DNA of 64,000 nucleotides from a virus. The notes beneath the pieces are model-generated. The model made no database searches. It was not told where the DNA came from and saw nothing but the letters and a program-made list of their open reading frames with translations. This document shows, in pieces, positions 14,483 through 24,101 of this stretch; positions within the stretch are counted from its first letter, which is position 1; each line of letters starts with the position of its first letter. A program made the position numbers and the translations under genes. Where the stretch lies: IMG/VR virus record IMGVR_UViG_3300027712_000018. One strand, 5' to 3'.

Positions 14483-14623
14483 TGGTACTCCCGATAGGAC
14501 TCGAACCCCTGACCTAGGCGTTATGTAACAATGGTAGTTCCCCAGAGACTCGAACTCTGACCTGAAGCGTTATGAGCGCTTTGTGCTGACCTTTACACCA
14601 GAGAACCACTGAGCTACAGGAGC
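14483..14623 (-). pseudogene. disrupted tRNA(CAU) whose two halves flank the nested tRNA at 14532-14607
   Basis: 5' part GCTCCTGTAGCTCAGTGG and 3' part CATAACGCCTAGGTC...CGGGAGTACCA form a matching acceptor stem. Confidence 0.65.
14532..14607 (-). tRNA. tRNA(CAU), Ile2 or Met
   Basis: AAGCG-CTCATAA-CGCTT arm. Confidence 0.88.
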
Positions 14624-14624
14624 A

Positions 14625-14822
14625 TTAAGCTGCTATCGAAACATCCCTAAACGTGTATTGGTGATAATCAACCACAATACCATCAAGTACATCTGATACT
14701 TCTTTTGCTTGTTTGACGTTACTAAAGGTAAGTGGTATTATGTCCACTGACTTGTACAAACCTTTTCCGATAAAAACAATTTGGTTCACCAGTTCGTTGT
14801 TACGTTCAATAGCATAAGTCAT
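14625..14822 (-). CDS. hypothetical protein
   Basis: 65 aa ORF with AAGGAG RBS. Confidence 0.6.
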   Translation of the reverse strand: MTYAIERNNELVNQIVFIGKGLYKSVDIIPLTFSNVKQAKEVSDVLDGIVVDYHQYTFRDVSIAA

Positions 14823-14865
14823 ATCGTCACTCCTTGTTGGGGGCTCGATAGTATTTATGGTAGAA

Positions 14866-14959
14866 TGGTAGTCCCATCCGGATTCGAACCGGAGACGCTC
14901 TCTAATCTGGAGACGATGCGAGGTATAAGCTCGGTGTTTTACCGCTAAACTATGGGACT
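14866..14959 (-). tRNA. tRNA-Ile(UAU) with a long variable arm
   Basis: loop CT-TAT-AC; extra arm of about 24 nt. Confidence 0.78.
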
Positions 14960-15139
14960 AAAATATTATTGTCTCTTTTTGTTGTTTAGTTCCGTAATGC
15001 GATTAGAGATCCACTCAGTGGTGGCAACCCAGCTCGCATCTTGTTGGTCAATTTTGGTAAGATTTAACTTACTCAATGCGATAGTCAATCCTGCAAGTTC
15101 GGCGTACTCTGTACTAGTCATTTAAACCTCTTTGAAGAT

Positions 15140-15215
15140 TGGTGCCCATGGTCGGACTCGAACCGACACTGTGAAGATTTTAAGTCTCCTGACTCTACCT
15201 TTGGCCTACATGGGC
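15140..15215 (-). tRNA. tRNA-Leu(UAA), short variable loop
   Basis: loop CT-TAA-AA. Confidence 0.9.
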
Positions 15216-15221
15216 GATGTT

Positions 15222-15298
15222 TGGTGCTCCCAGAAGGACTCGAACCCTCAACCTGCGGAGTAGAAATCCGTTGCTCTGTCCAGTTGAGCTATGGAAGC
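15222..15298 (-). tRNA. tRNA-Arg(UCU)
   Basis: loop TT-TCT-AC, A20. Confidence 0.93.
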
Positions 15299-15335
15299 AT
15301 TATGACTTATTTATAGAAGTCTACGGTGTAGGTTT

Positions 15336-15539
15336 TCATTTGAACAACCCTACGATATTTGCTATAAGCAGAAAGATGACGACTATCATCAAGAACAAGA
15401 CAGCACCACCCCACAGTGGTGAAAGAACCCACCACCATGACCACGTGATGTATCCTGTCAACTTCAACGTGACGAACACGATAGTCAACAGACCAAAGAA
15501 GTTAGGTCCGACTTGGACGGATACGTTTTTATCAGCCAT
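15336..15539 (-). CDS. small two-helix membrane protein
   Basis: LLTIVFVTLKLTGYITWSWWWVLSPLW, a pattern typical of a phage membrane family. Confidence 0.75.
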   Translation of the reverse strand: MADKNVSVQVGPNFFGLLTIVFVTLKLTGYITWSWWWVLSPLWGGAVLFLMIVVIFLLIANIVGLFK

Positions 15540-15733
15540 CAGTTTAGCCTTTCATTCCAAAACATTTCAATTGCGTCTTCCATTACTGTATCTTTGGTAA
15601 ACCTGTTTGGGGGTGAAGAGAAGACCCATTCGATAATGGTTTTACGAATGTCCTTCTCGAACTCACTCTGAACATCGTATGCGTTGATACGAGCAATTTC
15701 ATCTACGACCATTTTATTCATTCTTCCACTCAC
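15539..15733 (-). CDS. hypothetical protein
   Basis: short ORF abutting its neighbours. Confidence 0.5.
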   Translation of the reverse strand: MSGRMNKMVVDEIARINAYDVQSEFEKDIRKTIIEWVFSSPPNRFTKDTVMEDAIEMFWNERLN

Positions 15734-15923
15734 GTCCTTCTTTCATTGCATCGGTTACGGCATGGATATAGTCTTTGTCTTCGTCATCCATGTGTGCCCA
15801 ATAGATATTCACTTGACTCAATAACATTTGCATAGCAGCAGGATCGTAGACGTGATCCTGCACCTCGACCAACGACTGAATTCTATTCATCAAACCTTCA
15901 ATGCGTTCCGCAATTATACTCAT
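15714..15923 (-). CDS. hypothetical protein
   Basis: 69 aa ORF in the gene run. Confidence 0.55.
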   Translation of the reverse strand: MSIIAERIEGLMNRIQSLVEVQDHVYDPAAMQMLLSQVNIYWAHMDDEDKDYIHAVTDAMKEGREWKNE

Positions 15924-16273
15924 GACATCATCTCGGCCTCCATTTGTTTTTCAATCTGACAGGCCAAGTCGTTATAACTCGCCGCTGTCATCTCAAGTTC
16001 TTTCATAATACGTTCCACCGATTGGTGAAACTTGACTCGATTAATCAAAGAGTCTAAGGTATGTTTGATTTCGAAAACACTCATCAGATCCATCATCATC
16101 TCCTAGCTTGGTTGACCTTCACCGATACCATCTTCTAGTTGACGATACAACTCTTCGATCATAAAGTCAAGATCTTTTTCTGCAAGGATTTCAAGAATCG
16201 TTTCAATCGACGGAGAAAACTCTACTTCCATGGTCACATCCTCTTGGGGGGTTACCTATCATATATAGTACGT

Positions 16274-16516
16274 TTACTCAGGAATGTCAAGATCTTTCGG
16301 AGCGAATTTTTCATGATTTTCTATCAACCACTCTTTCGACAAGATCATGACAACTGATTCGCCGACGACTTTGTCGTTTTCTATCTTACCAGCAATGAAA
16401 GCCAGACTGTAATGTTCAACGTCACCGCTGTCTACTCCATACACAACGTGATCTGGTTCATGGGGACGATAAGCCCTATAGATGGCAGTGAATGTGGGGT
16501 AGTGAGATTCAATCAT
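16274..16516 (-). CDS. hypothetical protein
   Basis: ATGA overlap with the upstream gene. Confidence 0.55.
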   Translation of the reverse strand: MIESHYPTFTAIYRAYRPHEPDHVVYGVDSGDVEHYSLAFIAGKIENDKVVGESVVMILSKEWLIENHEKFAPKDLDIPE

Positions 16517-16950
16517 AGAATATGACTACTTTCTTTTACAAACAAATGTTTCAGGTGGTTACGGTGGATCTTCCCACCCACGAAGGCGTTGTAATACTCA
16601 TCAGGCTTGAGTAGAACATCGTTGACTACCTGTTCCCGCATCTCGTAATAACTCATCTCAGCAGTGGTTTTACATAGTCTGATGATTCTACGTCTGAACC
16701 CAGATGGCCCATTCTCGACGACTAGTCTCTTGACTTCTTCGCTTGACCCGTAGTAGTCCATCCAATCTGATTCGGATATGACTTTGCGGTTGCGTTTCTG
16801 ACCTTTGAGGGGTTTGAGTGTACGAGTCGAACTCAGTTTCTTCTTACCGATATATTTCTTACCATTCGATAAGTCGGTAATCTCATAAACGAAGCCAGCA
16901 TGGCCTTCGATCATCTCACTCGTAAACTCGTTGTCTTCATAGTACCACAT
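16513..16950 (-). CDS. GIY-YIG family nuclease
   Basis: GFVYEIT...KKYIGKK...YYGSS...E...YYN pattern. Confidence 0.8.
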   Translation of the reverse strand: MWYYEDNEFTSEMIEGHAGFVYEITDLSNGKKYIGKKKLSSTRTLKPLKGQKRNRKVISESDWMDYYGSSEEVKRLVVENGPSGFRRRIIRLCKTTAEMSYYEMREQVVNDVLLKPDEYYNAFVGGKIHRNHLKHLFVKESSHIL

Positions 16951-16984
16951 AGAACATCTCCAATAGTTCTATGTATTTATTGAC

Positions 16985-17152
16985 TCAATAATCTTCGCCT
17001 AAGTAATCTTCGTCGTCTACGGTGATCATATCATCTAGATCGTCATCCGATAACAGTTCTGAACCACAGTGGGCGCAGAAGTACACAGGTTGATCTGATT
17101 CGATATAGAATTCGGCCTCACAAGAAGCGCAAGCAATTTCTTCTTTATTCAT
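16985..17152 (-). CDS. small zinc-ribbon protein with an acidic tail (55 aa)
   Basis: hand-translated: CASC...FCAHCG. Confidence 0.6.
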   Translation of the reverse strand: MNKEEIACASCEAEFYIESDQPVYFCAHCGSELLSDDDLDDMITVDDEDYLGEDY

Positions 17153-17336
17153 CGTTCTTTACTTTCTTTGTGGATACCTTCTTTACTGCTTTCTTGATGT
17201 TAACTTCCGCAGCTTTTATATCAGTTGCAATATGGTTTAGTTCAACCAAAACTTCTTCAGCCGCAATCTCAACTTTGACGGCGATGCCCAATAAGTCTTT
17301 GATCCAATCAATAATTTTCTTCATGAATACCTCCAA
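17145..17336 (-). CDS. hypothetical protein
   Basis: 63 aa ORF; GGAGG RBS near the probable start. Confidence 0.55.
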   Translation of the reverse strand: MEVFMKKIIDWIKDLLGIAVKVEIAAEEVLVELNHIATDIKAAEVNIKKAVKKVSTKKVKNDE

Positions 17337-17376
17337 TAAAATAAGCAGGAAAGCGGTTGCCTTCCTGCTCTATTTA

Positions 17377-17583
17377 TCAGATTTGATCTACTTGGTTTCG
17401 ATCTAGTGATACGTTCTTCTGAGCTCTTATGTTGGGGTTTGACCATGTCCAACACTGTCCGTCACCATCATTAAAGCATACCCAATACAGGTGCGACTCA
17501 GGTCCGTAGTCGATCAGGAAATGAGCCAACGCCGATCCTTTAGGAGTTTCCAAAGGGATAGGTGGATTGAGTTGCGTTATCAT
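17377..17583 (-). CDS. hypothetical phage protein
   Basis: QLNPPIPLETPKG...IDYG...CWTW.N pattern; ATGA overlap with nrdA. Confidence 0.7.
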   Translation of the reverse strand: MITQLNPPIPLETPKGSALAHFLIDYGPESHLYWVCFNDGDGQCWTWSNPNIRAQKNVSLDRNQVDQI

Positions 17584-19241
17584 GCTTCACACACAGCACA
17601 GTTCAAAATATCTCTAACGAGTTGTTGAGCAGGATTTGATGACCGCTGGTAGTAGAACGTCTTTACACCTAGACGCCAACCTTCGATAATCAACGCATTC
17701 ACGTCTTTGATAGACACATCAGGTGCGATCAACAGATTGAGTGATTGTGCTTGATCAACATACTTCTGTCGTGCTGCAGCTTGTTGGACGATACTCATAG
17801 GTGCAATCTCAGAGAATGTTTTGAATACATCTTTTTCGTCTTTACTTAGGAACTCAAGATGTTGGACTGACCCACCATGTTGTAGGACCGACATCCACAC
17901 TTCATCATGACTCATAGTCGTATCACCATGACTTACCTTGTCTTGAATGATGGCCTCTAGGTATGGGTTTTTGTATGTGAACTTTCCTTTCGCAAGGTCT
18001 TTCGTAAAATAGTTTGACGCAAGTGGTTCGATAGATGGTGAAACTTGACCCAAAATAAAACTGCTAGAAGTAGTAGGAGCGATTGCACAACGAGTAACAT
18101 TGCGGATACCATAACCTAATAGTCCTTCTGGTTCGCCGTATTCTTCGGCCAGTTCTTTAGTTGCAATAAGAGAACGGTCATCAATGAACTTCGAAATCTT
18201 TATGGCCAACATGTGAGCGCCAAACGATTCGAACGGAATCATCTTTGACTGTAGATACGAATGCCAACCTAGTTGACCTAGACCAAGAGCTCTCCAACGA
18301 ACCGCAAAGTTATACGCTGGTTCCATGAACTTCATGTTCTTGATCTTCTCAATGTACTCTTCCATGACGGCGTCAAGGAACCAGATCATGACTTCGACCG
18401 CATCAGTGTTGATCCATTCATCAAACGTCAGACAGTTCATAGAGGCGAGGTTACAGACAAATGACTCATCTGCAGACGATGCCAACGCAATCTCAGAACA
18501 AAGATTAGACGAGTGGATCTTGCGCTTCTTGTCCTTGTAGGCCTGAGGTGCGTTGTTGTTCACAGTGTCAGTGAAGAACAGATACGGATATCCCGACTCT
18601 TTACGCTTACGCAGAACTCTGGCCCAAATGTCACGTTTGTCTTTGTCACCAGCTATCATGGATTCCATCCACGCATCACCAATACAAATACCTAGTGACA
18701 AGTTCTGAATCGAAGATCCGATTTCACGGGCATCTAAAAACTCATAAATGTCAGAATGCTCAATATCAAGATAAACAGCACATGAACCTCTTCTAACGTT
18801 GCCTTGACTAATGACATCTACCGCTGTCTCAAATAGTGCGGCGTAGTGTACGGGACCGTCTGCCTTACCCCCCGATTTGATTTCAGTGCCTCGCCCTCGT
18901 AATCCACCAAGATATGCAGAAGTACCAGCACCATGCTTGGTTTGCATACCGACTTCAGCCAGTTTACTTAGAATACTCTCAACTGAGTCTTCCACATAAA
19001 CGTTGTTACACGATATGGGAAGGCCTTTCTTTGTTCCGAAATTCGACCACACAGGCGAGGATAGAGAATAGAACCCCCTACTCATGTAGTCATAAAACTT
19101 GTCTGCGAACCCCTCTTTGTCAAGGATACGCTCTGCCGTCTTAGCAATCTCTCTTACTCGTTCTTCAACGGTCATATTACCGTCAATATATCCCCTTGAT
19201 AGGAAGGTGCGGCTATCCGCATTCGCCCATTCAAAACCCAT
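17580..19241 (-). CDS. nrdA: ribonucleotide reductase class I, alpha subunit
   Basis: PISC, SNLCSEI, IAPTTSSS, VKTFYY, C-terminal CAVC. Confidence 0.95.
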   Translation of the reverse strand: MGFEWANADSRTFLSRGYIDGNMTVEERVREIAKTAERILDKEGFADKFYDYMSRGFYSLSSPVWSNFGTKKGLPISCNNVYVEDSVESILSKLAEVGMQTKHGAGTSAYLGGLRGRGTEIKSGGKADGPVHYAALFETAVDVISQGNVRRGSCAVYLDIEHSDIYEFLDAREIGSSIQNLSLGICIGDAWMESMIAGDKDKRDIWARVLRKRKESGYPYLFFTDTVNNNAPQAYKDKKRKIHSSNLCSEIALASSADESFVCNLASMNCLTFDEWINTDAVEVMIWFLDAVMEEYIEKIKNMKFMEPAYNFAVRWRALGLGQLGWHSYLQSKMIPFESFGAHMLAIKISKFIDDRSLIATKELAEEYGEPEGLLGYGIRNVTRCAIAPTTSSSFILGQVSPSIEPLASNYFTKDLAKGKFTYKNPYLEAIIQDKVSHGDTTMSHDEVWMSVLQHGGSVQHLEFLSKDEKDVFKTFSEIAPMSIVQQAAARQKYVDQAQSLNLLIAPDVSIKDVNALIIEGWRLGVKTFYYQRSSNPAQQLVRDILNCAVCEA

Positions 19242-19251
19242 TTGGTACTCC

Positions 19252-20226
19252 TTAAAATAAATCGTCTGATGTGATAGATGATCCCTTTGAATATTCAACG
19301 GGACGTTTTTGGAAGAAATCTGTCATATTAGCACCAAGTAGTTCTTCATCAAACCAAAACGTTTTATCAATTAGAGCTTTGTCGTATACAATAGCAGAGC
19401 TATCGAACCCAATTTGGTCAATAGAATCCTTCATACGCTTAGCGATAAAGGATTTAAGAATAGAAGCATCAAGGCCTTCAATAGCGTAATCACCCATGAT
19501 CCAATCAATAACCTTCGACTCTGCCTTAAGAGAGTCGATGCATTCAAGTTCAATACGCTTCTGAAGCTCTTCGTCAAACAGTTCAGGATACTCTTCACGA
19601 AGTGTGTTGATGATCTTGATGCCGACTTGAGAATGAAGCATCTCTTCATTACGAGTGTATTGGACTTGTTGAGCGCAGTCCTTCAACACCGAACGATTAC
19701 GATTGAAGTGCATGATGATATAGAATTGTGAGAACAATGACACGTTCTCTACAAATATGGTGAACAAAGTTATGGCGTAGATGTACTGTTTTTTGTTATC
19801 ACCTTTATAAACTTTTTTCAAATACTTACGTAGGTAATCAACACGGCCTTTGATAACTGGCTCGTTCATATTCTTTTCGAACACGTGACTTAGTTGCAGA
19901 ACCTCAAGCAGTTTCTCATAAGCTAGGTTGTGAATGACTTCTGAGTTCGCCATAGCAAACCCCAAATCACGAAGTGATGGGTGAGGAAGATTTTCCCCAA
20001 GATTGGCCCAGAACGTTTTGACGGCGACTTCGATCTGACCAATGGCAGACAGAGTTCTGACAATCACCTCACGTTCTTGATCGTTCAGTTCTGTCTTGAA
20101 CTGACCGTAGTCTGATCTAAAATTGAACTCATCGGGAGTCCAAAAACCTTGCCAGATAGCATCAATGAACTGTTTGGTCCAAGGATACAGATCAGGCTTT
20201 CGTGATATTTGTTCTTCGAATAACAT
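19252..20226 (-). CDS. nrdB: ribonucleotide reductase class I, beta subunit
   Basis: FWTPDE, EVIHNLAY, EEMLH, DFFQKRPVEY. Confidence 0.95.
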   Translation of the reverse strand: MLFEEQISRKPDLYPWTKQFIDAIWQGFWTPDEFNFRSDYGQFKTELNDQEREVIVRTLSAIGQIEVAVKTFWANLGENLPHPSLRDLGFAMANSEVIHNLAYEKLLEVLQLSHVFEKNMNEPVIKGRVDYLRKYLKKVYKGDNKKQYIYAITLFTIFVENVSLFSQFYIIMHFNRNRSVLKDCAQQVQYTRNEEMLHSQVGIKIINTLREEYPELFDEELQKRIELECIDSLKAESKVIDWIMGDYAIEGLDASILKSFIAKRMKDSIDQIGFDSSAIVYDKALIDKTFWFDEELLGANMTDFFQKRPVEYSKGSSITSDDLF

Positions 20227-20235
20227 CTTTGCCTC

Positions 20236-20922
20236 TTATTTACTGATGAAATCGGTTACTAATGGGAAGATCTTATGAATTGCTTTGGCCACTTCAAGTG
20301 CAATTTCCATATGTTCTTTCTGCGTCCCATTCGCAGACCGTAATACTATATAGTGTATCCATGATCTGATGCTGCCCTGCATATAGAGTCTTGACACAGT
20401 GTTACCTTCTGGCAAAACCACTCTTGCACACTCTTTGGCGATACCTTTACTTAAGGCCCAATGGTAGGCCTCTTTTGCGTTGTGGATAATTTCGTCCTGA
20501 TAAAAAGCCCACTCAAGCATAAGTGATACGTGTTCTGCGTTTTCCATATCAAGGGCGATAGAGTCTTGGCGATTGGTTGGGTGTTGTAGTCGTGCATCAC
20601 GAATGACAAAAGCATCACCTAGTGCATCAACTTCTTTATATCGTTGACTGAACTCTTGAAATGAAAACGATCTGTGACGCAACATCTGACGTGCGATATC
20701 ACGTGTCGTCTCAATCTCAAGTGTGGCGTTGACCATCTCGAACGGTGACCAATGTGAGTGGTCCGCTAGATACTTCAGAAGCCGACTAGAATTCTCAAAG
20801 TTATTCTGAAATTGTGGATTTGAAACCTTAGCACAATACGCAATGAGGTCTTGAATGTCGTCAAGGCCTTCCACATCTAAATCATCCTCTGGTGTGGTGT
20901 GTCCAAACAGTCTGACCTTCAT
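20236..20922 (-). CDS. thyX: flavin-dependent thymidylate synthase
   Basis: HWSPFE, RHRSFSFQEFSQRY, ECARVVLP. Confidence 0.95.
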   Translation of the reverse strand: MKVRLFGHTTPEDDLDVEGLDDIQDLIAYCAKVSNPQFQNNFENSSRLLKYLADHSHWSPFEMVNATLEIETTRDIARQMLRHRSFSFQEFSQRYKEVDALGDAFVIRDARLQHPTNRQDSIALDMENAEHVSLMLEWAFYQDEIIHNAKEAYHWALSKGIAKECARVVLPEGNTVSRLYMQGSIRSWIHYIVLRSANGTQKEHMEIALEVAKAIHKIFPLVTDFISK

Positions 20923-21932
20923 TAACATTTTCTCCAATAACTAAGTTGCAGTTTACCCGTCAGGCCACTGTATGTGTTCTGATCTATGATAGTTTGTGGG
21001 TCCAAACTTGACATTACCATATCATTAATGTCTTTGTCAAGTAGTTTCTCAGGCCAGATACACAATTTATACCCCTTATCAAGTATCTTTTCCATCCTAC
21101 CACAAATCTCTTTGTTCCTAGGTTCGTTGTCAAACACGTATACCGCATTCTCTATGTTAGTTAGTCCGTCTACACTAACGTCAGCGCCAGACATAGCAAC
21201 AGCATTATCCAAAAATAGACTGTCAATTGGCCCCTCTGTGATATAATATTTCTTGTCAAAGTTCACGTCATTCAAACCAAAGATTTTAGATTGACTATCA
21301 TCAATCATAATAGTAAGATATCTGAGTCCATCCTTCTTGAAGGAACGACCAGTGAAGCCAAAGAAGGCCCCGTTCTTATCAATGAACGGTAGAACGAGTC
21401 TAGGTTCATCCATAGTGGCATTTAGCTTATCAGGCAGAATAGTGTTGACCCAAGAATTGAACTTGGGTGCATAGTATAATTTATAGTGTTTTGCAGTGGG
21501 TATCTTACGGTTTAGAATATACTGTTTAGCGGGATGATTAGGTTCTAGTTGACTAACCTTTTTGATCTTCAATAGAGGAGAGTTCCCCTTTTTGAACTGA
21601 GGAATTCTATGGACTAGTGTATCAATCGGTGATAGGATCTCTTGCTTAACGCCTGATTCCATCTTGGTGTCAATGATGTAGTCATTGTATAGGTTAACAT
21701 CCACAGTCTTGAGGAAGTTACGTAGACCATAGCTAGCACTACAATTGAAGCAGTGAAACAGAGCCTTGTTGTCTTTCTCAACGATCCATCCACGTGCTTT
21801 TGACCTCGAAGTCTGACTGTCACCACAGATAGGGCATCTGAAGTTTACTTTGTATGGATTAGTAGACTTTACTGCGAATCTATCTAATCTCACTGATAGC
21901 ATATTAGTATACTTTAGATCAAGGTAATTCAT
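20922..21932 (-). CDS. 61: DNA primase (T4 gp61-like)
   Basis: CPICGDS...HCFNC zinc finger, EGPIDSLF, FDNEPRN, KDIND. Confidence 0.93.
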   Translation of the reverse strand: MNYLDLKYTNMLSVRLDRFAVKSTNPYKVNFRCPICGDSQTSRSKARGWIVEKDNKALFHCFNCSASYGLRNFLKTVDVNLYNDYIIDTKMESGVKQEILSPIDTLVHRIPQFKKGNSPLLKIKKVSQLEPNHPAKQYILNRKIPTAKHYKLYYAPKFNSWVNTILPDKLNATMDEPRLVLPFIDKNGAFFGFTGRSFKKDGLRYLTIMIDDSQSKIFGLNDVNFDKKYYITEGPIDSLFLDNAVAMSGADVSVDGLTNIENAVYVFDNEPRNKEICGRMEKILDKGYKLCIWPEKLLDKDINDMVMSSLDPQTIIDQNTYSGLTGKLQLSYWRKC

Positions 21933-22006
21933 AGATTCTCCAATATTATATTCAGCCGATAGTTGATTATACCATCGGGGAAAAACTTGTCAAGGAGAAA
22001 ATGTGT

Positions 22007-22294
22007 TTATAGGCCGTGATAATACTGAGCTGCGACGGCACCGACCACGGCAGTCACAAGGATCCAAAAGAACGTGCCTAGGTTACGAATGACCTGAGAG
22101 TTCTCTGTGAGTTGCTTATCTATGTCATCCAACTTCTGAGAGAACCGATTCATACGATCATACTGTGCAGCGTACTTCTGCTCCATAGATACAAGCTTTT
22201 CATCAGTGCGGGCGATCAATACCATCGCCTCTGAGAGTTTGTCTAGCTTTTCCTCAATACGGTCAAAGCGTTTTTCGTGCTGGTCTTCTGACAT
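22007..22294 (-). CDS. coiled-coil protein with C-terminal TM helix (possible holin or XhlA-like)
   Basis: heptad pattern plus TM segment; adjacent to spanins. Confidence 0.5.
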   Translation of the reverse strand: MSEDQHEKRFDRIEEKLDKLSEAMVLIARTDEKLVSMEQKYAAQYDRMNRFSQKLDDIDKQLTENSQVIRNLGTFFWILVTAVVGAVAAQYYHGL

Positions 22295-22758
22295 TAGAAT
22301 AATCCCATGAATTTTTTATGTGGTTGTTCAGCGATTACCTTTTTTGCGGCATCACCAGTGGCTTGTATCTGGGCATTTGCTGCATCAAGAGCACTATTTG
22401 AATTCTTATAGTATCCCTCATATGCAAGTAAAATAGCCTGAAGTTGAGTTATATATGTTCTTAAATCATTTATATTCAAAGACAAATTCTCATAACCTTT
22501 ATCGGTAAGGGCAAACAGTGCTACCTTACCACCGCTGGGTGATAGTTTAGTCATAACATCGTTAATGTTCTCAGGAGTGATAACAATCCATTGTACATTG
22601 TGAAGATTTAATTTATCTGCTGTCGGTAGGATTAACTGAGGTTTGTCTATCGGCTTTGCAGATATCTCAATTACTTTTGGTTGGGAAGAAGCACAAGCAC
22701 TAAGGAGTAGTATTAGACCACAACCAAGGACATTCACTATTGAACGATTTGCCATCTT
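22294..22758 (-). CDS. o-spanin (Rz1-like lipoprotein)
   Basis: lipobox LLSAC, Pro-rich; overlaps the i-spanin gene. Confidence 0.65.
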   Translation of the reverse strand, partial: KMANRSIVNVLGCGLILLLSACASSQPKVIEISAKPIDKPQLILPTADKLNLHNVQWIVITPENINDVMTKLSPSGGKVALFALTDKGYENLSLNINDLRTYITQLQAILLAYEGYYKNSNSALDAANAQIQATGDAAKKVIAEQPHKKFMGLF

Positions 22759-23161
22759 TTGCTCCTTTCTCTTTATCTGTGAGGGCAGCGCCACTCATAA
22801 TGTCAAAGCATCTTAGGGATTTAGACGATGCTTCGTTAATAATGTTCTCTACTAGTTTCGGTTTAATTGCAGCCAATGTACCAATATCATGTTTCGAAAG
22901 TTTATCTAATAGTAGTCTGTTCTGTTCACGTGACGATGAAAAGGCGTTGTTTATTCGTGTCAACTCGGCATTTGAAGAGGCGATACTGCTATTTAGACTT
23001 GCGATAGTTTCCTCATTTGTTTTAATACCGACTTCCAACTTGGCATTGTTCTCGACCAAGATGACCATTCTTTTTTGCGTATCGTTGTAATACCAATAGA
23101 AAGATCCAGAAACAAACATCAGTAGTATTGCCATTACGGCAGTAAGTCTCATACCCATCAT
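22700..23161 (-). CDS. i-spanin (Rz-like)
   Basis: N-terminal TM helix, coiled coil, C-terminal cysteines. Confidence 0.65.
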   Translation of the reverse strand: MMGMRLTAVMAILLMFVSGSFYWYYNDTQKRMVILVENNAKLEVGIKTNEETIASLNSSIASSNAELTRINNAFSSSREQNRLLLDKLSKHDIGTLAAIKPKLVENIINEASSKSLRCFDIMSGAALTDKEKGAKDGKSFNSECPWLWSNTTP

Positions 23162-23685
23162 GGCACCATAGTTTTAAGTGGAATTCTGTAAGGCGCACCA
23201 GCTTGGTTGCCTTTCTTATACTTGTTCATCTGTTTTGGATTAAGCCTCGGTTCGCCTTTTGGTCCTACACCAATACCTTGGATATTACCTGATCCAGCCG
23301 AATTGACGATACCGTCTTCAAACAGCAGATCAAATTTGGTGTTGACATCTGCGGTTTCTGTAATATAATTCATGTATGATATCAGTTGTTCTTCCATCAA
23401 AGATTCGTCGGCGTTCTCGTTACCCTCTTTGATCAACCACAGTGCAGCAGCATATGTTGCCAACTTGGTTTGACCACCCGGAATCTTGGCCAACAGTTTC
23501 TTTAACTTCAGAAGCATCAAATCAAACTTACCGAAGGCCTGCTTGTCTCTAGATGATCTGTCACGGGGTTTCTTAATGATGTTACCTTTATCGTCAATGA
23601 TACCAGCCTTAAATGCCGCCCATTGGTTAAATGGTGTCACCAATCTCTTGATGAATTGGTATACAAGATAAAGGTCTACTATCAT
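23158..23685 (-). CDS. T4-like hypothetical protein
   Basis: FIKRLVTPF..W.AFK.GIID.KG motif recalled from T4-like phages. Confidence 0.7.
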   Translation of the reverse strand: MIVDLYLVYQFIKRLVTPFNQWAAFKAGIIDDKGNIIKKPRDRSSRDKQAFGKFDLMLLKLKKLLAKIPGGQTKLATYAAALWLIKEGNENADESLMEEQLISYMNYITETADVNTKFDLLFEDGIVNSAGSGNIQGIGVGPKGEPRLNPKQMNKYKKGNQAGAPYRIPLKTMVP

Positions 23686-24056
23686 ATTTTTCGAAGCTCT
23701 TCTATTATTTGAGGATCCAATGGGATATCACTATCTAGAATTCTGATGTTCTCATATTCTACAAAGTCTGGCATGTAATTTAAAAACACCACAAATGGTT
23801 TAAGATATTTATGGTGCTCTTTAAGTCTATAGAATAACATGTTGGTTGCAGTACTGCCAAAACAATTATACAACACTACAATATGGTTTAGAATAAGTCT
23901 AATCCTAAGATCTTTATCGTCTTCATAACGTTTGAATAGTCTCTTCAAATATTGAAACCGCTTAAGGTCATCATAAAACTCTTCAACGCCTGACGATCTT
24001 TTCATATCGTAGTTTTTAGCGGCAATAATTAAAAAGGACTTTTCATCTAAAATCAT
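23682..24056 (-). CDS. T4-like hypothetical protein
   Basis: EFYDDLKRF.YLKRL...RLILNHIVVLYN motif recalled from T4-like phages. Confidence 0.75.
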   Translation of the reverse strand: MILDEKSFLIIAAKNYDMKRSSGVEEFYDDLKRFQYLKRLFKRYEDDKDLRIRLILNHIVVLYNCFGSTATNMLFYRLKEHHKYLKPFVVFLNYMPDFVEYENIRILDSDIPLDPQIIEELRKI

Positions 24057-24101
24057 ATTTTACTCTTCTTTAAATAAAAGAGGGGCTTGCGCCCCTCTCA
24101 A

